From: a virus
Lineage: Duplodnaviria; Heunggongvirae; Uroviricota; Caudoviricetes
DNA: 64,000 nt
Strand: one strand, 5' to 3'
Virus record (IMG/VR): IMGVR_UViG_3300046327_000158
Location: 16,540 to 80,539 of that record
Part shown: one piece after another, positions 17,861 through 28,444 of the stretch
Position numbering within the stretch: position 1 is the stretch's first letter
How the letters are laid out: every line of letters starts with the position of its first letter
Translations under genes and position numbers: made by a program
Notes under the pieces: generated by a model
What the model saw: only the letters and a program-made list of their open reading frames with translations
Told to the model about the DNA's origin: nothing
Databases searched by the model: none

Positions 17861-19555
17861 TTAGTTAAAGCCTTTTCTTCCAGCTTCGTCTAATTCAATC
17901 ATTACGAAACGAGTTAAATCTCTAACGTGAATATCTGCGATATTGAAAGCCCAGAATTCTTGTCCGATTTGTTTCATAGATGACATTACATCTCCAGCTT
18001 TTCTGTAATCGTAACGTCCATTAGTAGTTCCCCAGTAAGTCATCTCACCTTGTGGTTTTACTAAATAAATGTTAGCTCCAGAGTTACCACCGTCTACTAA
18101 AGTAGCACCTTTTGGTAAAGCTTTATTGTTTGAGTACATTTGATCCTCAACATCCCAAATAACCATTGAGTAAGCAGTTGGTGATAAGTTTTCTGGGTGG
18201 AATCCACCTGCCAAACGATCAGTACCTTCCATCATGTTCAATGATGTATCTTCTTCGATTTCAACACTTCCTATTCCAGGAATGAAAACTTTAGTGAAAC
18301 GAATTGGCACATACTCCAAGTTAAATGGATCATTACCACGAACTGGGTTAGGGATAGTTCTATCTGCTCCTAAGAACGTGTTCAATGCTGCATTTTGAGA
18401 GTTAACTTCATCAGAGAAGATCTCTAAAATGTTTTGGTATGCATATTTACCACATTTGAATTTCAAACGTCTTTCAACATCTTGTTTGAATGGGTTAATA
18501 CGGAATACATATTCTGCAGCTTCTTTCAAGTGATCACGAGTGATTCCACCTGGACGACCATACTTAACAAGTTTTCCACGTCTCAATTGGTGCCATAAAC
18601 CTTCGTTTAATCTAGCAACTCCATTTGAATCACGAACTGTAGCAGCACGTTGGAATAAAAGTTTTTGTGCAGTCAATCTCTCAAGTTCTCTCATTGTTAA
18701 GAACTCCATTGTTGCTCCAATTTTTGCATTTTTCATGTCTGGAACTTTCTTACCACCTTTAGTAACTAAGTTAGTTAAGACAGCGTAGTCATTACCACCA
18801 AACTCTGATTGTAATTTGTCTAAATAAGATTTAGATTGAGCATCAGCTCCAGAGAATGATTTAGAGTCAGCCATACCTGTGATGTAAGCTTCAACCCCTG
18901 ATGCAGATCCTAAACGGAATTCACATCTCATTGTTCCAACTGTATCTGGTAAATCAAAGTGAGAGAAGTTAGTACCTCTTTCTCCTAAGATAGCGTGACC
19001 AACTTTAAAGTATTGGATACCTTTTGCCAAGTTAGATGCTAAGAACCAAGTGCTCTTATCGTTATCTGCTAATTTAACAGTGTGCTCAAAACCTTCTCCT
19101 ACAGCTACAACTGGCTCTTCTCCAGAAACAATAATTTGTTGTCCGTAGTATTTATCGTTAGATAAAACGTCTCCTGTTGTGTAAGCTCTGTTCAATACAA
19201 TTTTGAAAGTACTTCCGTCAACACCTGGATAAGCTTGAGTTGATGTATCACGAGTTGTGTAGCATCCTTTGTACTCTTCTACAGGAATGTCGTAAGTAAA
19301 TCCACCGTCCCATCCATTTACTTCTAGGATAGCTTTGTTTTGCAATAATTCTCTAAGAATACCGTAGCTTCTTACAGCTTGTTTTCCCCATAAGTTCATC
19401 AAACCTAAGTGATGTTTGTTTGGGTCTTCTTTGTACCATGAGTAAAGTGAAGGTAAGTCTTGTGCACCACCAATAGAAGAAACTGTTTTCTTATCTGTGA
19501 ACATTATAACTTGGTCTCCATTTACAACGAAAGGAATGTTTTGTTGTGTTACCAT
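17861..19555 (-). CDS. putative major capsid protein
   Basis: 564-aa ORF immediately downstream of the acidic scaffold-like gene, flanked 3' by hairpin; assignment by synteny only. Confidence 0.5.
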   Translation of the reverse strand: MVTQQNIPFVVNGDQVIMFTDKKTVSSIGGAQDLPSLYSWYKEDPNKHHLGLMNLWGKQAVRSYGILRELLQNKAILEVNGWDGGFTYDIPVEEYKGCYTTRDTSTQAYPGVDGSTFKIVLNRAYTTGDVLSNDKYYGQQIIVSGEEPVVAVGEGFEHTVKLADNDKSTWFLASNLAKGIQYFKVGHAILGERGTNFSHFDLPDTVGTMRCEFRLGSASGVEAYITGMADSKSFSGADAQSKSYLDKLQSEFGGNDYAVLTNLVTKGGKKVPDMKNAKIGATMEFLTMRELERLTAQKLLFQRAATVRDSNGVARLNEGLWHQLRRGKLVKYGRPGGITRDHLKEAAEYVFRINPFKQDVERRLKFKCGKYAYQNILEIFSDEVNSQNAALNTFLGADRTIPNPVRGNDPFNLEYVPIRFTKVFIPGIGSVEIEEDTSLNMMEGTDRLAGGFHPENLSPTAYSMVIWDVEDQMYSNNKALPKGATLVDGGNSGANIYLVKPQGEMTYWGTTNGRYDYRKAGDVMSSMKQIGQEFWAFNIADIHVRDLTRFVMIELDEAGRKGFN

Positions 19556-19588
19556 TTTTTAATTTAATTTAATTTTTGTTTATTATTG

Positions 19589-20740
19589 TTAATCGAAATT
19601 CAAAGTTTCCAGTGGTGAGATAGGAGCTGTTTCTTCTTTCTTACTTCTCTCTACTCTACTGGTGTCTTGTACGATTCTAATCTTTTTAAGATTATCTAAT
19701 TGTACATTTTTCTTTACTTCTGAAGTTACTCTTTTTAAATAAGTTTCCTTATCTAACATAAATTGAATAAGTTCTTTTGCTTTTTTAGGATCATTCATCC
19801 ACTCTTCGTAAATGTCATCTATCTCAAAAGATCCACTTTCTGTTTTCTTAGTTGCAACATCTGCAAATTTTCTAGCTAAGTTTTCAGAAACTCCATCCTG
19901 TTTAAGATCTGATAATAATCCTTTTTTGTATTCTTTAATTCTTGCTTGCTCCTTTTCTTGGTTAGCAATAAGTTCTTGCTCTTTGGCTTCTAAATTTTTG
20001 TAGAATTGATCTCTTTGATACTGCACAATTTTTTGTGCTTTTACATCTAATGTAAGATCTTTTTTAGAAGACTCTACTAAAGCCTTAGTTTCAGAAGGGC
20101 TGTGTCCTAATACTTGTTTATAGTACCAAGCCAATACATCTGCATTGTGATCATCGTTATCTTCATCGTAACCTTGGAAAGGCTCTTCTAATGTCTCTGG
20201 GTTTTCAAATAAAGCTTTCGCTAATTCTAAATCCCCATTTTTAACGATGCTGATAAGACGTTTTTTAACTTCGTCTAATCCGTCTACTTCAATGTATTTT
20301 GATTTGAACTCTTCGTCTTTCTGATCTTTGATAGCTCTTTCAAGATTTTTGAAAGTTTCTTTGTCTACAGAATCTAACTCAGATAACAACTTCTCAGTTC
20401 CATCCTCCGTTTCAATAAGCACGTCTTCCCATTCTCCAGAATCTAATTTGTCTTTAATTATGTCAAAGTATACACTACTTGAATTATCAAAAACTATCTC
20501 ATCTTTTTTAGGTTCGTCTTTAGCTTTACTCTTAGTCTCAACCTTTTTCTTATCATCTTCCTTATTAGTATCCTCTGTATCTATTGGATCAATATCTACT
20601 TCAGCTTCTTCTTCCTCCTCTTCATTAATATTAATGTCGATATCTGGTTCGTTAATTACTTGTTCTCCATCTAAGGAGAAATCGTTCATTTCTAATAATT
20701 GTTCAAATGACAGCTCTTGTTGGTTTTGTTCTGTTCTCAT
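19589..20740 (-). CDS. putative scaffolding protein
   Basis: 383 aa, extremely acidic E/D/K-rich, predicted coiled-coil, between portal-sized and capsid-sized genes. Confidence 0.55.
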   Translation of the reverse strand: MRTEQNQQELSFEQLLEMNDFSLDGEQVINEPDIDININEEEEEEAEVDIDPIDTEDTNKEDDKKKVETKSKAKDEPKKDEIVFDNSSSVYFDIIKDKLDSGEWEDVLIETEDGTEKLLSELDSVDKETFKNLERAIKDQKDEEFKSKYIEVDGLDEVKKRLISIVKNGDLELAKALFENPETLEEPFQGYDEDNDDHNADVLAWYYKQVLGHSPSETKALVESSKKDLTLDVKAQKIVQYQRDQFYKNLEAKEQELIANQEKEQARIKEYKKGLLSDLKQDGVSENLARKFADVATKKTESGSFEIDDIYEEWMNDPKKAKELIQFMLDKETYLKRVTSEVKKNVQLDNLKKIRIVQDTSRVERSKKEETAPISPLETLNFD

Positions 20741-20775
20741 TTTCTCTGCAAAATTAATGGTTTTTTTTGGATTGG

Positions 20776-20783
20776 CAAAATTA
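20776..20783 (-). promoter_or_regulatory. -7 box (TAATTTTG, minus strand) in GGCAAAATTAGTTAA motif
   Basis: GCAAAATTAGTTAA also present twice at 24355-24396. Confidence 0.4.
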
Positions 20784-20844
20784 GTTAAAATTTGCCTTTT
20801 TTATACTTCTGTTGTTAAATTATATTTAATTAGTTAAACAATCT

Positions 20845-23619
20845 TTAATTCTTGTTTATCTCTGCCACATAACGGTCATTCATCATTTGGCGATCTTTCT
20901 GCTCTATTTCCTTAAGCTTCAGCTCTAAGTCTCTACCAATACTTTCGGCTTTTTGTGATGCCTGTTGTTCTTGTAGGGCTAGTTTTCTGCTGTTTGATTC
21001 TATGTCGCTATTAGTTTTAACTTCTTTTAACGCCATATCAGCTTGAGCACTAATGTTCTTGAATGATTGTGCATCTGCTTGCTTATCTGCAGCACGGCCT
21101 TGAGCTTGAATTTCTTCTCTGAGAATACTAGCCTCTCTATCTTTTTGATTCTGTTCGGCTTTAAAGTTTCTCTCTTTATCCTTATCCATAGCCTCTGCCT
21201 GAAGTTTCTTATCAGCAAGTTCTTGTTCGTGTGCTCTTTGTGCTTCAACTTCTTTTTGTTTCTCTGCACGTCCTTTCTTACCAATACTTACAAGCTCTAC
21301 TATTGTGTCTGCTGAGAATAACTCTGCATAGTCAAGTAAGTCGCTTCCTAAAGTATTCATATTTAATAAGGCTTGTTTCATTGTTTCAAGCTCTCTACGT
21401 TTCTTAGGATCATTGACAGGGAATACTCCAATTCTTCTTAGTGGAAAATCTGGATCAGAAAGATGCATAAAAATTTTATCTCCGTCTGAATTAGAGAATA
21501 CAAAATCAACATCTAGATACTCCTTTTGGCAGTACTGTGCTATTGATAAATGGATCTCCATGGCTTTTCTTCTAGCTACTGCCATTGTGTTAAAAATGTC
21601 AGCTGTTTGCATATAAGAAGCTTCTGTACCTTGTTTTACTCCGGTGGCAGTTTCATACACACTTGGTTGTCCTAGCCTCTGAGGAGTTATACCTATTTGC
21701 TCTAAAGCCTTTTTTTGGTAGTACTCAGATAATTGAATTCTACTATTTATTTGCTTATCAAATGATATATCTTGGGTCATAAATGTATTCATTTGCCCAT
21801 TGGCCCCAGCCATGTTCTGCTTAGTTGTATCCAATGGAACAAGTCCTACATCTTTTGCTAGATCTCTAAGTTTCTCTAGTGACTCCTCTATTGTACCATG
21901 GTCTTTGTACTCAGACGGTAAAAAGTTTATGTCAAACAAGAAGAACATACCAATCTCTTTCTCCAATAAGTTAAAAATCTGATTTAAACAGATATTATAA
22001 CCAATTTGGTAAGGTCTTAGTTTCTGTGCTACAGATGATGAAATTACCCCAGCTACCGGAATCTTAACATCAAAGATATTAGATTCTCCACGTATTTGGT
22101 AAGGTAACGGTTCTACTGCTAAGTACAAGTTATCTGTTAAATAAGAATTACCAGCATTAATTTTAGTACCTTGCCAGATTTCTGGAACGTAGAATTCGTA
22201 CATAGTATTAGCTTCAAGATCCTTTTGTATATCTCTCAAAGCTTTAGTTGTAACTTTCTTAATGTTATTCTCTGCTACGAACTCAGGTAAAATGTCATCT
22301 GTAACAATAGCTGTATCTTCATAGCCGGCATCTGTAGTGTAGTTTATAAACCACATTCTCTTCCAGCTTCTCCAATAACCCTCTGTTACTTGTAGTAAGT
22401 CTCTTCTTACGTTTATATCATCTCTCTGTACTGAGCTATAGCTAAAACCTAAATGGTTATTATTTTGGAAAGGGCTCAACCAGTTTGGTACTCTTTGTTG
22501 TCCATCTGGTGTATCAACTAGTACCTCTCCCATAGGTATGTCTAAGGCATCTTGAATTTGAAGACCTAAGTCATAGTTGTAGTAGTTATGAAAAGGAATT
22601 GTTTGAACTTGGCCAAACATCCCATTATTCATTGAATTTTTCCAAGATTGTACTTTTGCATCTGCATTGCCGCTTGAGGTCTCTGCATAGTTTGTGTTAA
22701 GCCTTTTTATTTCTTGAGGTGTTAACAAGTGTCCGTATCTTTTGATTATGTCTGATGGAGATATATAAAATACTCTACCTACATACTCGCAATCTTGTGG
22801 GTTTTCTGCTGTAACATCTTGAGAAAAGAATGTTTCTAGCGGAGACCATCTTTCTGGCTTGTAATAGTCGTATCCAATATAGTAGTTTCTAAAGAATCTA
22901 CCAGTTATCAAGAAATCTTCCATCTCTTGTTTATCTAGCTTATCCATGTAGAATCTTTGTTGATCTTTTTCTACGACATGCTCCGCCCATTCAGCAGCTT
23001 TAGTTTTCCAATCTTTCATCTCCTTTTCTATTTGAGCAGGTGATATAATTTTGGCTTTTTCCTCTTCTAGCTGTTGTAAATATTGTTGTTGTTCTTCTTC
23101 TGATTGGAAATCTTGCTTGTTTGGATTTATTCCTACTTTTGCAAGTTCTATCTCTAGTTCTTTTTTGAATGTGTCTAATGCATACTCTCTTACTTTTCCT
23201 GATCTTTCTCTTAAGTATTCATTTTGAGAGATATCATCTATAGTATCGATTTTAAAGTCATCTTTTTGCTCTAGCCACTCTCCAACTAATTGTCTGGTTA
23301 TGATACCAATAAAGTCGTAGTGTTTAACAAACGTAGGTATCCCAACACTGTCTCCTAGATCTCTAACTCTGTCTAAGATTTGGTTGTCTGGCTCATAGTC
23401 AGAATAGGCAAGCCTTCCTTCAAGCATTTTATACAAGTCACGAAATTTAACATTTTCGGAAAGCTGTAAAATACCTATGGATTCTAAAGCGTCAAGGCAC
23501 TTTTTTTTCCATGGTAATTTCTCTTTCTGACTATCGGGTATAGTTTGTGTTGGGAGAGAGTGTGTAGAGGAAACCGATGTCCCTACACCATTGTAAAATG
23601 AGTGATATGATGATTCCAT
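20845..23619 (-). CDS. putative portal protein with long C-terminal coiled-coil extension
   Basis: 924-aa ORF between terminase/HEG and scaffold; synteny-based. Confidence 0.5.
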   Translation of the reverse strand: MESSYHSFYNGVGTSVSSTHSLPTQTIPDSQKEKLPWKKKCLDALESIGILQLSENVKFRDLYKMLEGRLAYSDYEPDNQILDRVRDLGDSVGIPTFVKHYDFIGIITRQLVGEWLEQKDDFKIDTIDDISQNEYLRERSGKVREYALDTFKKELEIELAKVGINPNKQDFQSEEEQQQYLQQLEEEKAKIISPAQIEKEMKDWKTKAAEWAEHVVEKDQQRFYMDKLDKQEMEDFLITGRFFRNYYIGYDYYKPERWSPLETFFSQDVTAENPQDCEYVGRVFYISPSDIIKRYGHLLTPQEIKRLNTNYAETSSGNADAKVQSWKNSMNNGMFGQVQTIPFHNYYNYDLGLQIQDALDIPMGEVLVDTPDGQQRVPNWLSPFQNNNHLGFSYSSVQRDDINVRRDLLQVTEGYWRSWKRMWFINYTTDAGYEDTAIVTDDILPEFVAENNIKKVTTKALRDIQKDLEANTMYEFYVPEIWQGTKINAGNSYLTDNLYLAVEPLPYQIRGESNIFDVKIPVAGVISSSVAQKLRPYQIGYNICLNQIFNLLEKEIGMFFLFDINFLPSEYKDHGTIEESLEKLRDLAKDVGLVPLDTTKQNMAGANGQMNTFMTQDISFDKQINSRIQLSEYYQKKALEQIGITPQRLGQPSVYETATGVKQGTEASYMQTADIFNTMAVARRKAMEIHLSIAQYCQKEYLDVDFVFSNSDGDKIFMHLSDPDFPLRRIGVFPVNDPKKRRELETMKQALLNMNTLGSDLLDYAELFSADTIVELVSIGKKGRAEKQKEVEAQRAHEQELADKKLQAEAMDKDKERNFKAEQNQKDREASILREEIQAQGRAADKQADAQSFKNISAQADMALKEVKTNSDIESNSRKLALQEQQASQKAESIGRDLELKLKEIEQKDRQMMNDRYVAEINKN

Positions 23620-24338
23620 TATAGTTTAGTAAGTTCGTTTATTATATATTGTTCTTCTGTTTTTATACACTCTGTGTATCCTTTAAAGTTTAATTTTGGG
23701 TTGTATTTAAAAGCATTAAGTGCTTTTAAGGCTTTCTTCTCCATATCATATATTTCTCCTGCATCTCCTCTTATTTCTATTATTTTTGTATAATAATATG
23801 GCATATCTTTTTTATTTTTATACCTATTGTCTACTCCATTAATAGTTATACCTAGCTTATAAAATTTTTCATTTCTGTCTTCGCATTTTATTAAATATAA
23901 TATAGCTTCTCTGCCTCTTGCCTGTAGCATATAGGATCCTCTGCTATACCCTTTGTTTAAATAGCTACAAGCTGGGCATTGTTTACCTCTTAGGTGATTA
24001 TTTGGGGATTGGAAAAAAATACCATGCTCTTTGCAAATTATTTCTACTTTTTCTTTATTATTAACATAGTTTACTTTTGAGTAGTCATATTTTATACCGT
24101 GTTTTTTATAGGCTTTCTCTATAAATGTATTTGAAGTTCCTTTAAATACTTTACAGCATCTTTGACAGCCTTTTCCTAACATATGATCATTTGGCTTTTG
24201 CTCAAAATCTCCATGTATGTTACAAGTAATTATAACTTTAGTTTTATTATTTACATACTCTGCTTTAAGATACGTGTACAAGTTGCTATGAATTGCACTT
24301 GCCTTATTAATAAACTCTTCTGTTGTGAGTTTTTTCAT
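23619..24338 (-). CDS. GIY-YIG homing endonuclease with two N-terminal zinc-ribbon repeats
   Basis: C-terminal AILYLIKCEDRNEKFYKLGIT (GIY...YIG); N-terminal duplicated C..HG.F.Q.PN.H..GKGC..C units. Confidence 0.6.
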   Translation of the reverse strand: MKKLTTEEFINKASAIHSNLYTYLKAEYVNNKTKVIITCNIHGDFEQKPNDHMLGKGCQRCCKVFKGTSNTFIEKAYKKHGIKYDYSKVNYVNNKEKVEIICKEHGIFFQSPNNHLRGKQCPACSYLNKGYSRGSYMLQARGREAILYLIKCEDRNEKFYKLGITINGVDNRYKNKKDMPYYYTKIIEIRGDAGEIYDMEKKALKALNAFKYNPKLNFKGYTECIKTEEQYIINELTKL

Positions 24339-24356
24339 TGTGTAATTTTAAAACCG

Positions 24357-24391
24357 CAAAATTAGTTAATTTTTTTGAGAGTGCAAAATTA
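24357..24391 (-). promoter_or_regulatory. tandem pair of -7 boxes (GCAAAATTAGTTAA x2) upstream of homing endonuclease gene
   Basis: two copies 27 nt apart, each containing CAAAATTA (TAATTTTG on minus strand). Confidence 0.4.
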
Positions 24392-24399
24392 GTTAAATA

Positions 24400-27159
24400 T
24401 TAGTAAAACTTTTTTGCTCTCCCTGATCCACCATAAAGTCTTTGTGCTAGACTTTTTTCAGGTGTTTTTTTGGTATCTTCAGGTTTTTGCTTTCTCATAC
24501 TAGATGCATTTGGTAACATGTAGTTATTAAATAAGTAAAACTCATACCCAAGACAAGACATAAAGGATGTTATCCTATCCACGTTATTGTCTTTTTTGTA
24601 CATAATCATCTCATCTAATAATCCTATGTCATTAATCATTTGCACACCAAGTATTGTCTTCTCTTCCCCGTTGTCATCAATTATTGTAAACTCCTGCTTA
24701 GTATAGTTCTTTACAAGACCCAATAAAAACTTTTTGTTTTCTGGGCTAGGATTCCAACCATATCTTCTTCTACCATTTGATTGCTGAGTCATATCAGACT
24801 TAAAGTCCATAGACTCTACTAACCAAAGGTCAGTTGCTCTTTTTCTATCTAGGTATTCTTTGAATCCCATATCGGCATTCTCCATAAATACTCTGGCATT
24901 GAAAGCCTGCATTAATAAAAAGATCTGTCTGTATAGTTTGTTATGTGGGTCAGGTCTAGATGCAACAGAGGCTACAATTCTACCACACCATTTATCCATA
25001 CCAATATTTACTTTGTATATGTGGAATGATCCAATAGAGTCTGTACCAGATTCTTCTTGCTTATAATCATCAAATCCACCAACGTATAAATACGGAACTG
25101 GTTTTTCTCCTGGTAGATCTTCATACAATACTACAGGGGCATCAATAAAGCCTCCTTGATGTGGATATTCCGCAAGCTCTTTATTAGTCATTTCATAGGT
25201 GATCTTACCATTACTCTCTTGAATAATAGTAACTTTTTTACCGCCTCCGCCTGATTCTAATAGATAATCTTTGTGTCTTTTTGCCTCTACTGCCGGGAAC
25301 GGGTTCTCTTCAGATGACATAAAACAATCCTCTGGGTCAATTGGGTACTGAACTCTTCTTTGCTGTTCTAGTAGTTGCCCTTTTGTCCCTCCTATGCTTT
25401 TGGCCTCTAATATGGCATCTTTTAAAAGCTTTGTGTTATTCTCCCAGTTTGTTGTATGTATTGTTATCTTGCTTAACTCTTCTGCATCACTTATCCTTAA
25501 GAAATCAGAAAATGATTGCTTCTGCTTAACAAATCCTTTTTCATAGGCCATTTGTCCAGGAAAATACGTAGCAAACTTTCTTCTTCTCCAAGTAATATGA
25601 TCTGGGTCAATGTGGTTCTCTAATAAGTCCCAATCCATGGGTAAAAGATCATAGGCCTCTGGATTAGATAGTACATCTACTGCATCTTTTGATAAGTCTG
25701 CCTCCCCTCCAGTACCTGCTAGTACAGTTACACACTTAAACCCAAAGGGTGTTTTAAATGAAGGTAATGCTGCAAGGTATGGTTTTAAAAAGGCATACTT
25801 ACCTATCTCATCGTAGATAGATACTGATGGTGCAAGACCCGCAGTCTTTTGTGTTTTAGACTTCGCACCTGACTCTAAGTTCTGTACAATTAGTGTAGAA
25901 AATATGATAGGATTTGATGCATCCTCTTTTATACCAAATGTTGTTTCTCCATTTTCCCACTCTTGTTTTAAGATATCTATCTGTAATGGCTTATCAATGT
26001 AAGTCATAGATGTTTTAATCTTACTTGTCAATGCATTAATATCCGATGAACTACCACCAATTACTGAACCAAATGAGTTAAACTTAGTTATAGTTCTCCA
26101 GTGGGCCAAAGATGCTAGGATTACAGATTTACCAAAACGTCTTGTACCATACATTAGTAATGCTTTGGCATAGAAGTTTTCGTTTTCTGGATTTACAGAT
26201 CTTACTAAATTTTCTGCAAAAAACCATTCGTTATCTCGTAAGTCTGGTTGTGTATTTGGTTCACTACCATCTGCTTGTGGAATTGGTGTTCTAAAAAAAT
26301 TCAAGTGAAAATATAACCAAGGGTGTATAAAATAACCATTTATATTTACTCCATGCTTTATTTTATTTATCTCCTCTGTCCAAAACTGTAAAACTACCGG
26401 GTCTTGTGCAAAGAAGTGCTTCTTATTATTCCACTTAGGTATATCTCTTGGATTCATGTTTATAAACATCTCCTTAGAGGTCCTAACTGACCAGTCCACA
26501 GGTATTCTTTCAATAATCTCTTTTACGTCCTCTCGGAGCAGCATTAGGGGCTCTCGCATCAAGAGAGAGGCTTGTTTATTATTGAAGAATTTTATATCTG
26601 CACTTTCAATAGAATTGTTTATCTTAAGTTTTGCAAGTCTCTCTTGTATTTTTATCTTTTCATTAAATACCAAATCCTGAAAAACAACCTCATAAGACTT
26701 ATACTCTACTTCATCTTCTGTCTCAGCCTCTTGGGTAAGTACATCCATATTGTACTTCAAGTAGTCATCACACTTCTTGATGTGTAAGTTTATAATGTCA
26801 ACAGTTTCGTCTATAAAAGACTGTGTTTTTTCAAGACCTCTGTCTCCATCTGCTTCTGATATAAACACAGAAAGCCTACCAAGTATTGACGTGGTAAGCT
26901 CGTTTTCCTGTTTAAATAAGGCCTCTTTAGTTTTTTTAGTAGATTCAGTAAAAGATCTTACATCCTTCTCAATTTCCTTGAGCTCTTTCTCTTTGTTCTC
27001 TACATCAGTTTGTTGTATGGATAATATCTGCTCTGAAAAACTTTTCATTGCAGCCTCATACTTTTTATTGTCATTCCAGTAGTTGCTTTCAATTACTTTC
27101 CTGTTTCTTCTAAAATACTCTTTGTGGCTCTTTATAAAACTATCTACATAGTCTGACAT
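24400..27159 (-). CDS. terminase large subunit with about 330-aa N-terminal coiled-coil extension
   Basis: Walker A YGTRRFGKS, Walker B SVSIYDEIG, C-terminal acidic nuclease-like region; 919 aa. Confidence 0.75.
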   Translation of the reverse strand: MSDYVDSFIKSHKEYFRRNRKVIESNYWNDNKKYEAAMKSFSEQILSIQQTDVENKEKELKEIEKDVRSFTESTKKTKEALFKQENELTTSILGRLSVFISEADGDRGLEKTQSFIDETVDIINLHIKKCDDYLKYNMDVLTQEAETEDEVEYKSYEVVFQDLVFNEKIKIQERLAKLKINNSIESADIKFFNNKQASLLMREPLMLLREDVKEIIERIPVDWSVRTSKEMFINMNPRDIPKWNNKKHFFAQDPVVLQFWTEEINKIKHGVNINGYFIHPWLYFHLNFFRTPIPQADGSEPNTQPDLRDNEWFFAENLVRSVNPENENFYAKALLMYGTRRFGKSVILASLAHWRTITKFNSFGSVIGGSSSDINALTSKIKTSMTYIDKPLQIDILKQEWENGETTFGIKEDASNPIIFSTLIVQNLESGAKSKTQKTAGLAPSVSIYDEIGKYAFLKPYLAALPSFKTPFGFKCVTVLAGTGGEADLSKDAVDVLSNPEAYDLLPMDWDLLENHIDPDHITWRRRKFATYFPGQMAYEKGFVKQKQSFSDFLRISDAEELSKITIHTTNWENNTKLLKDAILEAKSIGGTKGQLLEQQRRVQYPIDPEDCFMSSEENPFPAVEAKRHKDYLLESGGGGKKVTIIQESNGKITYEMTNKELAEYPHQGGFIDAPVVLYEDLPGEKPVPYLYVGGFDDYKQEESGTDSIGSFHIYKVNIGMDKWCGRIVASVASRPDPHNKLYRQIFLLMQAFNARVFMENADMGFKEYLDRKRATDLWLVESMDFKSDMTQQSNGRRRYGWNPSPENKKFLLGLVKNYTKQEFTIIDDNGEEKTILGVQMINDIGLLDEMIMYKKDNNVDRITSFMSCLGYEFYLFNNYMLPNASSMRKQKPEDTKKTPEKSLAQRLYGGSGRAKKFY

Positions 27160-27659
27160 TAATTATCTTTTGTTTTTTCCAGCATTTGTTTGAAGAAATC
27201 ACTTTCTAGAAATTTGGCTCTTTCTTCTTCCAAAGTGCCTGGCTCTGTTTCTACTAACTCTCCTTTTTCAATTACAAAGACTCTTTTAGGTGCCCAGTTT
27301 TTCATCTCTGAGTAGAAGGTTTGAATATCTTCTTGCAAACCTTGTCCTACAACCTCTAAGTAAGTCTCTATACTAACGATTAGTTTAAAGAATAATATCT
27401 GTAAATCTTTGTTGTACAGTATTGTATCTACATAAGTGTGTACTAAAACCTGTTGCAACTCCTCTACAGTTTTACCCTCTACAACCTCTTTCAGGCTAGA
27501 TTTATCTTTGTAAAGAGCTTCATTTTTAGCCTTTACTACCTTTTCGAACTCTTTGTATTCAACGTAAAGAGATGCTACTTTATCTTTTAATAATTCCATA
27601 TTACAATATTTCTTTTTCTTCTTGTTTTGTTCTTTCAATAGCTGAAAAAATCTCTTCAT
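27159..27659 (-). CDS. hypothetical protein (small terminase candidate by position)
   Basis: 166-aa coiled-coil ORF, ATGA overlap with terminase start. Confidence 0.45.
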   Translation of the reverse strand: MKRFFQLLKEQNKKKKKYCNMELLKDKVASLYVEYKEFEKVVKAKNEALYKDKSSLKEVVEGKTVEELQQVLVHTYVDTILYNKDLQILFFKLIVSIETYLEVVGQGLQEDIQTFYSEMKNWAPKRVFVIEKGELVETEPGTLEEERAKFLESDFFKQMLEKTKDN

Positions 27660-27798
27660 CCGTAAGTTCTAAGATGTCTGATATTTTCTTAGCCCCTGTT
27701 AATCTAAGAGCACTGTATAATAATTCTCCTAAAGTGTAGTCTGGGAATTCCTTTGAAAATTCTTGTAACTCTCTTACTGCGTTGTTTTTAAAATTCAT

Positions 27799-28119
27799 TT
27801 ATTCTTGTATTTGTCCTGAAAGGTTTATTTTTAATGTTTTTTGTTCTCCGTTTTCTAAGTATCTTTCTAATACCCACTGATTAATAATTCCAACTTTGTT
27901 GTTGTCATAACTTATTGTTATCTCTACACCATCTGGAAGTATCTCAACGGATGGCATTGTGCAACCGCAGGATTTTGTAATTGCTAAGTGTGCAATATCT
28001 TCTCCTAATATCTGAATTTTCTCAGATATCTCTGTTCCTTTTTTTAGAGTTCCAAAATTTAATTTGTACTCTTTGTCTTTTTCTATTTCCTCTATCTTTG
28101 AGGTCAATCCTAATTTCAT
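27799..28119 (-). CDS. hypothetical protein
   Basis: 106-aa ORF. Confidence 0.5.
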   Translation of the reverse strand: MKLGLTSKIEEIEKDKEYKLNFGTLKKGTEISEKIQILGEDIAHLAITKSCGCTMPSVEILPDGVEITISYDNNKVGIINQWVLERYLENGEQKTLKINLSGQIQE

Positions 28120-28126
28120 ATGTTTA

Positions 28127-28444
28127 TTATAAATTGTTCCACTTATTTTCCGGGCACATATTCTCAGGGTCTTCCTGAGAGCTTTTAAAAATTAAATTAC
28201 ATCCACAATTTGTGCAAATTGAATTATCATCTACGCTGACACGCATTATAAAATTTAATGTTTTATTCATCGCCATTTTAACTTGATCTTTAAAGGTTAA
28301 TTGGGCTTTGTTGTCAGAATTCGTTGGGCAAATCTTACATACCTTTAGCCTCTTTTTTTGAAGATCTGTTAATGTTTTTTGATATTCCCTCCTGCTTTTT
28401 ATTGCAAGTCTAACTTTACTTAAAATATTTGATATGCTCTTCAT
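28127..28444 (-). CDS. zinc-ribbon protein (CKICP...CTNCGC)
   Basis: 105 aa with two Cys pairs. Confidence 0.5.
   Translation of the reverse strand: MKSISNILSKVRLAIKSRREYQKTLTDLQKKRLKVCKICPTNSDNKAQLTFKDQVKMAMNKTLNFIMRVSVDDNSICTNCGCNLIFKSSQEDPENMCPENKWNNL

Noticed and set aside
21027-21284. 85-aa minus-strand ORF inside the portal gene
   Set aside because: It lies in an alternative frame fully embedded in a 924-aa ORF and is K/R-rich low complexity.
27601-27798. 65-aa ORF overlapping the 5' end of 27159..27659
   Set aside because: It has a 59-nt out-of-frame overlap and weak evidence. It may be real but I left it uncalled.
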